From the NCBI GenBank assembly GCA_002009975.1, contig MTLP01000039.1, positions 1-61,472 on the forward strand: 61,472 nucleotides of DNA. Direction: 5' to 3'. This document shows, piece after piece, positions 49,722-57,783 of the stretch. How positions within the stretch are numbered: the first letter of the stretch is position 1; the number at the start of each line of letters is the position of its first letter. Below the pieces are notes generated by a model. That model was given only the letters and a program-made list of their open reading frames with translations, made no database searches and was not told the DNA's origin. This DNA is from Thermococcus sp. JdFR-02 (lineage in GTDB: Archaea; Methanobacteriota_B; Thermococci; Thermococcales; Thermococcaceae). The position numbers and the translations under genes were made by a program.

Positions 49722-50305
49722 AAACATTTCTCCTTTATTTACTCTCCCTCTTATTTATTGTAGCGAATTGGAATTTAGGACACAATATCTACGAATGGTC
49801 TTTCTATAATGTGGTTTTTTATATTGTTCTGCCCTTTTTAACGGCATATATTCTCGGATTTAAACCAAAAGAGCTTGGCTTTAAAATTGGAAAAAAAGAT
49901 GGCTACATTTGGGCTTTAATTCTGCTTTTAATCAGCATGCCCATAACAATCTACGCATCACGTTTAGAACAATTTAGGGAGTTTTATCCACTTTTTAGCT
50001 TTAACTCATGGAGCGAGTTCCTCTTTAAGGAGCTTTTAATTGGTGTGATAATGTTAGCTCATGAAGCATTTTATAGGGGAATTTTACTTTTCCCATTAGC
50101 CAAGAAACACAAATGGCTCGGCATACTAGCTCAAAACATCCCCTACACCTTAATACATATTGGAAAACCAGGTTTAGAAGTTCCTTACTCTTTCCTTGCT
50201 GGAATCTTCTTCGCTGAAATTGACCTGAAAAGTGAGAGCTTTTTGCCAAGTTTTTTCTTACATTGGACTGGAGCAGTCATTTTTGATCTTCTCTGCATAC
50301 TTTAG
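49718..50305 (+). CDS. CPBP (Abi/Rce1) intramembrane glutamic protease, MrtA-like
   Basis: HEAFYRG, YTLIHIGKP..E, SFLPSFFLHW; multiple TM helices. Confidence 0.8.
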   Translation: MKTFLLYLLSLLFIVANWNLGHNIYEWSFYNVVFYIVLPFLTAYILGFKPKELGFKIGKKDGYIWALILLLISMPITIYASRLEQFREFYPLFSFNSWSEFLFKELLIGVIMLAHEAFYRGILLFPLAKKHKWLGILAQNIPYTLIHIGKPGLEVPYSFLAGIFFAEIDLKSESFLPSFFLHWTGAVIFDLLCIL

Positions 50306-50353
50306 AGAAACTCTTTTAAAAGTAGCTCTTTAGTACTAAGGTGGGGAATAAAA

Positions 50354-51523
50354 ATGAAGAAAATATTAATGCTAGCATTTGCTTTACTCCTTTTAATATC
50401 TTTAAGTGAGCATGTTAGGGCTAATGATGTTCATTTCTACCTTTATGGTTCTTGCCGTTGCCCTCATTGTGCTGCTATGGAAAGGATGATACCTGAAGAG
50501 TTTGGAGAGGGGAGCTTAACAGTATATGAAGTTGATCCAAACTGTGAAAATTATAACGAGAAAAATTTGGAAAGATTCTTGAAGATTTCAAATATACTTG
50601 GAACCGGTGGAGGAGTTCCTCTGATCGGAGTTACAATTGATGGAGAACTTAAACTTGTAATTTACGGTGAGGTTTCAAAAGACGTTCTTCACGCACTTCT
50701 CAACTCAACAGCGCCAAAAAAACTCCTCTTTTTTAACGGACAGCTCTATGAAACCACAGATGAAGAAATTATCAAAAATTTACAAAATCTCTTTGTTGGA
50801 GAAAAAACTCCAACAACTTCTACAAAACCAATAGAAACACCCAATACCAGCGTTGCCTCCCTTATTATCCCGATAATCTTAGCCTCTATAGCAGATGCCA
50901 TTAATCCATGCGCATTTGCCCTCTTGATAATGTTTCTTTCGATGGTGATGGTTATTGATGATAGGAGAGTCTTGAAAACAGGCTTAGCATTCACTTCAGC
51001 TGTCTTCATGACGTATTTTGGAATTGGTGTTGGTCTAGTGAAAATTCAAACACAATTCTTATGGATCAGAAACATTGTCTTGGCTTTAGGTTTAGCAATT
51101 GGGATTTACAAAGTAGTTTCTTACTTTAAAACGATTGAAATAAAGGTTATACCTAATAAATTTAAGCAAACGAGCAACAAAGTTATGGAAAAAATGCTGT
51201 CGCCACTCGGAGGATTTTTAGGGGGCATAATAATTTCCCTGACGTTGCTTCCTTGTACTTCTGGACCTTACTTCGTTGCAACAGCGCTGATCTCAAAGGG
51301 GGCAAACGTTTTGGGTGGAACGTTCTTGTTAATGCTCTACAATGCAATTTTTGTGTCTCCATTCCTTTTGATAACCTTAGCTTTCCACTATGGACAGAAA
51401 AGCGATAGATGGGCAAAGGTAATTGGGGGATTTGAGCAGGTTCAAAGGAAAGGAAAGCTTTTGGACTTACTTGTCGGTTTACTGTTGATTGCCATTGTCC
51501 TTTATGCCTACATTACAATGTAG
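50354..51523 (+). CDS. Exported glutaredoxin-like domain fused to a CcdA/DsbD-beta membrane domain
   Basis: Signal peptide, CRCPHC, GVP cis-Pro loop, Thr/Pro linker, then ADAINPCA and LPCTSGPY redox Cys motifs in a ~6-TM domain. Confidence 0.82.
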   Translation: MKKILMLAFALLLLISLSEHVRANDVHFYLYGSCRCPHCAAMERMIPEEFGEGSLTVYEVDPNCENYNEKNLERFLKISNILGTGGGVPLIGVTIDGELKLVIYGEVSKDVLHALLNSTAPKKLLFFNGQLYETTDEEIIKNLQNLFVGEKTPTTSTKPIETPNTSVASLIIPIILASIADAINPCAFALLIMFLSMVMVIDDRRVLKTGLAFTSAVFMTYFGIGVGLVKIQTQFLWIRNIVLALGLAIGIYKVVSYFKTIEIKVIPNKFKQTSNKVMEKMLSPLGGFLGGIIISLTLLPCTSGPYFVATALISKGANVLGGTFLLMLYNAIFVSPFLLITLAFHYGQKSDRWAKVIGGFEQVQRKGKLLDLLVGLLLIAIVLYAYITM

Positions 51524-52187
51524 AGACTGAGATGCTCCCATTTACTGTGGAGACCTTAATTTTATATTTTCCATCTCCAAGAACACCCACTGCACTCTTT
51601 GGTCCAAATCTGATTTTTGTACCTTCTATTTTCATTCCTGGAATGTCAAATCTTATGGAGCCATTTGTTGTTGATGCAAAAATCTCAACATCGGCTTTAG
51701 GGGAAATATAAACCTTTATACTCCCATTAACGGTAGAAATCTTTGAGTCATCTTTAATTTTCCTCAAAATTGCAACTATGCTCCCGTTTACACTTGACAG
51801 CTTTTTAACTTCAGTATTCTCAACTTTTATTGAACCATTAACGTTTGAGACCTTTAAAATTCCGCTAATATCGGAGATTTGAATCTGCCCGTTTACACTT
51901 GAAACCTTTTCAACTTCAACACTCTTAGGAACTAAGATGTCAAAGTTCACGCTCCTACTTCCAAAGCTTATAACGGATTTTTCAAAGTGAGCAGATATCT
52001 TAAGCGTGTTACCTTCCTTTTTCACCTTAATCTTTGGTTCTGAGCTTAAAAGCCCCCATTTCTTCTCAGCTTTAAGCTTTAATGTATCTCCATCATAGCC
52101 CTTAATTTTGATCTGCCCATTAACATTGCTCACTACCACTTTCAGTCCCCTTTCAACTTCATATTCTCTTTCAACAACCTCAATCAT
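51513..52187 (-). CDS. DUF4097 beta-strand repeat protein
   Basis: Repeated S(N/S/T)VNG(Q/S)I units. Confidence 0.85.
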   Translation of the reverse strand: MIEVVEREYEVERGLKVVVSNVNGQIKIKGYDGDTLKLKAEKKWGLLSSEPKIKVKKEGNTLKISAHFEKSVISFGSRSVNFDILVPKSVEVEKVSSVNGQIQISDISGILKVSNVNGSIKVENTEVKKLSSVNGSIVAILRKIKDDSKISTVNGSIKVYISPKADVEIFASTTNGSIRFDIPGMKIEGTKIRFGPKSAVGVLGDGKYKIKVSTVNGSISVSTL

Positions 52188-52284
52188 AGACACCACCAAT
52201 ATTAATTTGCATGCTCAATGGAAAAGTAAAATGTGATCAAAAGTGAGCACAGTATTTTTCAAACTTCTTAACCCAAAGACATTC

Positions 52285-54183
52285 TTAAGCCTTTTCCTCA
52301 ACTTTTGCAGTTCCATAGCCAACGAAAATCACTTTATCCGGGTCCAAGGCTTTAACGACCTCTGGACGGTGAGTTATAATCACCGCTGTAATTCCCGCCT
52401 CTCTCATTATCTCACTAGCCTTCTTAGCCACGCGCATAGCTGTTAATGTGTCTAGATGTGCTGCAAACTCATCAATTAGAATTAAATTTGGCTTCTCTGC
52501 TAAAAGCGATGCTATCTTTGCCCTCTCTTTTTGTCCAGTAGAAAGCTCATTAAACTTTGCCCTATAGAGCACAGCATCACTTAGTCCTGAACGGTTTAAA
52601 ATTTCAACCGCTGCATTTAAATCTTTGATTTTCCTATAAACATGCTCCAAAATGCTTTCACTTCCAAAGCTTGGCTCAAATTCACCGGGAATTAAAACTG
52701 AAACTTTGACATTCTCTGGAAGTTCAATCTCTCCACTCGTTGCTCTAAATTTTTCTTCCCAAAAACCCTTTGCAGCACCTAAAATAAGCCTAATTAATGT
52801 TGTTTTTCCAGACCCGCTTGCACCGACCACAACTACAAGTTCTTTTGGCTTAATCTCAAAGTTCAGATTCCTTAAAACCTGCCTCTGGATCACTCTATGT
52901 CTAACCCCAAATGCTTCTAAAAGCTGTTGTATTTCTGAAGGAAGTCCTTTAACATCCAAAGAACTCTCAAAAACTTTGCTAACATCTTTAAAGACTATTG
53001 AGCCCTTTAAGGGTTCAACTTTTCCGTAGCTTGGCTTCCAAAGTTTCCCTTCCTTAGGTGCATATGTATCTTCCTTTAAAAATCTCTCAATGTATTCCTT
53101 AGCTTCTTCTGTTAGTGGATAATATAAGACAGGTCTTCCACTTGCAGTTTCCCAAAGGAACTTGAAGCCAACTTTTTCAAAGAAAGGATTGTAACGTGCC
53201 ATTTGGGCTATTGTTTCAACTAAATGCTTTCTTTTTCTCATCTCGGGGATTCTTCTTTCACTGATCCATTCAAGGGCAGCTTTAACACTTAATTGTCCTA
53301 AACCATCGCTCCTATAATCAGGATGCACAACAACCCTCGCAATTCTCGAAGCCGCTGTGTTGCTTGTCCTTAAGGCTTCCCACTTGGCTTTTTCCCAAAG
53401 CATTTGACGGGCAATTTTTCTTGGATATTCCTTCTTAAGCTCTTCATAAAGCTCTCTCATTATACGCTCGGGCCAAAATGCTGGATGAAACCAATCCTCC
53501 GGGAAGATCTTTTCCCTGATATTTCTCTCAACTTCTCCGTTAGGCAATCTTCTATGCATCAAAGGAATTGGAGAATCAACCCTAACATAAGCTAAAATCC
53601 TTGGCTCATATTCTTCTCTATTCTCAAGCTCAAGGAGCAAAAAGCGTGATGCAGGGGTTGAACCTTTAATTTCTAAAATATGAACCTCTTCACTTTTGCA
53701 TTTGGGACAAATACGCTTTGTATTTGCTTCGATAATTGTTCCACATTTCTCACATCTCCATAAAGCCACCTTCTCTTTCTGAGATGCATAGTGATACTGC
53801 TCAAGTTCTGCTATTGCCTCAAAATCGCTCTCATAAGTTGCCTCTCTTGCCCTGATCCTATAAGTGTATAAAAGCTCACCTGTTAATGGAGAAAAACGCT
53901 TTGCATCATATTCTTTCTCCCACAAAGGCCAAACTTTAATCTTTTCTCCGTTATAGAACTTATAGAGCTCATAATCATCAAAATCGAGAATTTTCTCTTT
54001 ATCTTTTACTTTTGGTTTTTGTTTGAGAATTATTTCAACTTCATCACCTGTTACAAACCATTGTGCAACTCCGCTCATGTATAATTTGTAAACCTCTTTT
54101 CCTACTTCGACTTCAAGAATCCCAAACCAGCGGTGCTTGAAGCGAGGGATCTCACTACCAATAACTTTCCCTCTCAGAATCAT
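52285..54183 (-). CDS. GNAT acetyltransferase fused to ABC-type ATPase (COG2401-like), with Zn ribbon
   Basis: CEKC...CPKC; RIARVVVHPDYRSDGLG (GNAT motif A); NPFFEKVGF; GASGSGKTT, LSTGQKER, LIDEF, ITH. Start at ATG 54183. Confidence 0.85.
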   Translation of the reverse strand: MILRGKVIGSEIPRFKHRWFGILEVEVGKEVYKLYMSGVAQWFVTGDEVEIILKQKPKVKDKEKILDFDDYELYKFYNGEKIKVWPLWEKEYDAKRFSPLTGELLYTYRIRAREATYESDFEAIAELEQYHYASQKEKVALWRCEKCGTIIEANTKRICPKCKSEEVHILEIKGSTPASRFLLLELENREEYEPRILAYVRVDSPIPLMHRRLPNGEVERNIREKIFPEDWFHPAFWPERIMRELYEELKKEYPRKIARQMLWEKAKWEALRTSNTAASRIARVVVHPDYRSDGLGQLSVKAALEWISERRIPEMRKRKHLVETIAQMARYNPFFEKVGFKFLWETASGRPVLYYPLTEEAKEYIERFLKEDTYAPKEGKLWKPSYGKVEPLKGSIVFKDVSKVFESSLDVKGLPSEIQQLLEAFGVRHRVIQRQVLRNLNFEIKPKELVVVVGASGSGKTTLIRLILGAAKGFWEEKFRATSGEIELPENVKVSVLIPGEFEPSFGSESILEHVYRKIKDLNAAVEILNRSGLSDAVLYRAKFNELSTGQKERAKIASLLAEKPNLILIDEFAAHLDTLTAMRVAKKASEIMREAGITAVIITHRPEVVKALDPDKVIFVGYGTAKVEEKA

Positions 54184-54245
54184 GAAACCACCAAAAAGAA
54201 AATAGGGTAAAGAAGTATTTAAGCTTAAGCGGAAAATAAAAAGCA

Positions 54246-55689
54246 TCAAACTAATGCCCTTTCAAGCTCTTCGTCAAAGGGTTCTGCACTTGTTACCAAG
54301 CTCACAAGAATCATGACAATTGCTGAAACAAAGGCTCCACTTACGTAAATGTACTCCCAGTAGCTAAAGCTCACTATCCCACTTATTCCTAGAATACTAA
54401 CTAATGAACCCGCTACTATTCCAGCTAGAGCTCCTTCTTTTGTTGCTCTCTTCCAGTATAGACCGAGTATTAGTGGAACAAAAACTCCAGAGGTGTAGAT
54501 ATCATAGGAGTATATTAGCAGTTCTATGATTCCTTCAACCGTTAATGCCGCAATTAATGCCAGTAGTCCAACCATTACTGTGGTTGCAATTGAAAGCCGT
54601 AAAAGCTTCCTATCCTCTGCTTCTGGATTTATTGTGCTTTGATAGAAATCTCTAACAATGTGAGAGGTAGCAGCAGATAAAAGGGAATCTGCAGTGCTCA
54701 TCACCGCCGCCAAAATTGCTGCAACAAATATTGCGCCAACCCCACTTCCAAAGATCGTAATAACCAATCGTGGAACTGCTGTCTTTGGCGAATCAATTAT
54801 AGCCTGTGGATCACTTGAAAGGGCTAGAGCAAGCATTCCAGCCAATGTGGGTAGGAGAGATAGACCCATTAACAAGAGCCCACTGTATATTGCTCCTTTT
54901 CTTGCTATTTTTTCATCTTTGGCAGCAAAAAGCCTTTGATAAAAGTCCTGACCTATTAAAGTGTACATGATGGTGGCTATTAAGGTTAGGGCAAAAAGTG
55001 AGACCCCTAAGGAGAGAAAGTCAAAATACCCACTTGGTGCCTGTGGAAGACCGGGAATTGTTGAAAGCTTTAATTTTAATCCCTCAAATCCTCCAACTTT
55101 TGCAAGGGCTAAGATTGTGGCGATAAAAACACCAATACTTCCGAGCGTTATTTGAATAAAGTCGGTTAAAGCAACTGCCCAGAGTCCCGAGAACGCTGTA
55201 TATGCTATGAAAATTAATGTAGCCATGATTGCTCCCCAAGTTCCCGGCAGTCCAATAGCTTCGAAAACAGCCGAAGCTGCCCAAACTTGAGCACCTAAAA
55301 TACCTATCAAAGCTAACAAAGAGAGTGTCGCTGCTAAAAGTCTAATTATCTTACTTTTATAACGCATCTCTAGGACATCTGGTACTGTATATAGTGCCAA
55401 AGCCCTCATTGGCTTTGCTAGAGTTAAACCTAACAAGAGAAGCCCCAAGCCACAGGCAAAACCGTACCAAATACCACCTAATCCATATCTTGCGCCCCAA
55501 CTAGCGCCTCCCAAGATGAAAGCCACCACCATAGTGAGTGGCTGCCAGAGTAGCTGTTGTTAATGCTAATCCCAATCTTCTACCGGCTATGAGAAAGTCT
55601 GCTGAAGTTTTAATGAATCTCTTTGCGTAGATACTAATCCCCAGCATTACTCCCATGTACATGAGTAGAGTCGCCCAAACCACGTTCAT
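54246..55689 (-). pseudogene. Sodium:solute symporter (PutP/SSS family) split by a one-base frameshift
   Basis: N-terminal ORF (55501-55689; DFLIAGR...ATHYGGG) and main ORF (FILGG..., YTAFSG, TDFIQ, QRLFAA, AAVMSTADS) join if one T is removed from GGC TTT CAT C (plus-strand AAA 55519-55521). Confidence 0.85.
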
Positions 55690-55881
55690 TTTCTACACCT
55701 TTAAGATTGTCAAGTTCAAAGATGAAAGCCTGGAATATAACATTTTCTCAAAAAATCTTGGTAGTTTGGCAAATTTTGTGAAAATTTGAAAAGAAAAATT
55801 GTTTAAATGACAAATAATAATGGATAGTTGTGTGCACAATATTCTTAATAACGCTAAAGTTTGAATCTTAATGGTGGTCAT

Positions 55882-57726
55882 ATGGAAGATGAATTTGCAT
55901 GGATGGAGAACCTTCATGATAAGAGAGTTTTAAAATTTATAGATGAAGAAAACAAAAGAACAAGAGAATTTCTCGGAGAGCTACCTTCGAAGATTTTTGA
56001 AGACATTAAGCGCTATTATTACTTACCCACTCTGAAAATGGCAAAAATAACGGAAAGAGGATACTTTTTCCTTTTAAGTGAAGCGGGTCGACAGGTCATA
56101 AAGTTCAATAAGAAAATAATCGTCGATTCTAAAAAACTTGGTGAAGATGTTTTGTTGCAGGGATTTAATGTAAATAAAGACGGAACAAGGTTAGCCTACT
56201 CCTTCTCCATTGGTGGAAGCGATGAAGGAATAACGAGAATTATCGACGTAGATTCTGGAGAAATTATTGAGGAGCTTAAGCCATCAGTTTGGGATATTGT
56301 CTGGCTTGATAAAGACAAGTATTATTACGCCAAATTTTTTAGAAAAGAAAGAACTCCAGATGGAGTTGAGCCACCGGCAGAGAGAATTTTCTTAAGAGAA
56401 AAAGGAAAAGATAGAATGGTGTTTGGGGAAGGATTGCCTCAGTCTCACTTTGTTCATTTAAGAAAAAGTTTAGATGGAAAATACGCTTTAATAACAGTTT
56501 CTTATGGTTGGACAAAGAGTGATGTTTATTTTGGACCCTTAGAGAAGCCAGAAGAGTGGAAAAAAGTCTATGGAGGAGAATTCATAACTTATCCAATTGA
56601 TTATATCAATGGAAGACTCTACATTGTTTCCTACGATAAAGATGGAATGGGAAGAGTTATTGCATTAAAAGATGGCAAAGTTGAAGAGATTATTTCCGAA
56701 CAAAGCTTTCCTCTTGAGTGGGCTGTAGTAGTCAATGACAAGCTTTTGGTAAGTTATCTCATTGATGCTTCCTCCAAGTTGAAGATTTTCAACTTAAGGG
56801 GAGAGCTCTTAGATGAGATAAACTTTGACTTGCCCGGAAGCTTAAGCGTCTTAGATGCAAAGAAAGATGAGATTCTGGTCAAGTATGAGAGCTTTACAAT
56901 TCCTTACCGCTTATATTCATTTAAAGAAAAACTTGAGCTTATTGACTCCATTGAAATCAAAGGAGATTATGCGATAAGCGAAGACTGGGCAACTTCGAGA
57001 GATGGCACGAAGATTCACATGTTTAAAGTGAAGAAAAGAGGCATTAAAAGCGACAAAGCACTTGTATTTGGCTATGGCGGTTTTGGAATAGCTTTAACTC
57101 CAAGATTCTTCCCTTATGTAATTCCATTCATCGAAAAAGGAGGAACTTTTGTAATGACGAATCTAAGGGGAGGAAGTGAATACGGTGAAAAATGGCACCG
57201 TGCAGGGATGAGAGAAAACAAACAAAATGTTTTTGATGATTATATAGCATGCTTAGAGAAACTAAAAAGTGAAGGTTATAAAGTTACAGCATGGGGAAGG
57301 AGCAACGGTGGATTGTTGGTCTCAGCAACACTAACTCAAAGACCAGAAATTATGGACTCTGCTCTAATAGGTTATCCCGTCATAGACATGCTTCGTTTCC
57401 ATAAGCTCTACATAGGCAAGGCGTGGGTTCCAGAGTATGGAGATCCAGATAACCCAAAAGATAGAGAGTTTTTACTCAAATACTCACCCTATCACAACCT
57501 TGATAAAAACAAAAGGTATCCTCCAACGCTAATTTATACTGGATTATATGATGACAGAGTTCATCCAGCCCATGCTTTAAAATTTGCAGCAAAACTTAGG
57601 GAGATAGGTGCTCCTGTTTATTTAAGGGTAGAAACAAAAAGCGGACACATGGGGGCTTCTCCAGAGACGAGGATAAGAGAACTTTCAGATTTGATGGCTT
57701 TTGTGTTTAAGACGCTTGATGTTTGA
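55882..57726 (+). CDS. Prolyl oligopeptidase (S9A)
   Basis: MEDEFAWMENL, YGYGGF-like FGYGGF, NLRGGSEYG, GRSNGG nucleophile, DDRV, SGH. Confidence 0.95.
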   Translation: MEDEFAWMENLHDKRVLKFIDEENKRTREFLGELPSKIFEDIKRYYYLPTLKMAKITERGYFFLLSEAGRQVIKFNKKIIVDSKKLGEDVLLQGFNVNKDGTRLAYSFSIGGSDEGITRIIDVDSGEIIEELKPSVWDIVWLDKDKYYYAKFFRKERTPDGVEPPAERIFLREKGKDRMVFGEGLPQSHFVHLRKSLDGKYALITVSYGWTKSDVYFGPLEKPEEWKKVYGGEFITYPIDYINGRLYIVSYDKDGMGRVIALKDGKVEEIISEQSFPLEWAVVVNDKLLVSYLIDASSKLKIFNLRGELLDEINFDLPGSLSVLDAKKDEILVKYESFTIPYRLYSFKEKLELIDSIEIKGDYAISEDWATSRDGTKIHMFKVKKRGIKSDKALVFGYGGFGIALTPRFFPYVIPFIEKGGTFVMTNLRGGSEYGEKWHRAGMRENKQNVFDDYIACLEKLKSEGYKVTAWGRSNGGLLVSATLTQRPEIMDSALIGYPVIDMLRFHKLYIGKAWVPEYGDPDNPKDREFLLKYSPYHNLDKNKRYPPTLIYTGLYDDRVHPAHALKFAAKLREIGAPVYLRVETKSGHMGASPETRIRELSDLMAFVFKTLDV

Positions 57727-57783
57727 TCCTATTCTTTTTATTGATTTATTTTTGAGTACAAGTGTTCCAGCACCGTTGAGATA

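Noticed and set aside
49488-49727. Phe/Leu-rich minus-strand ORF
   Set aside because: Shadow of the GAA-rich acidic tail of the FKBP gene.
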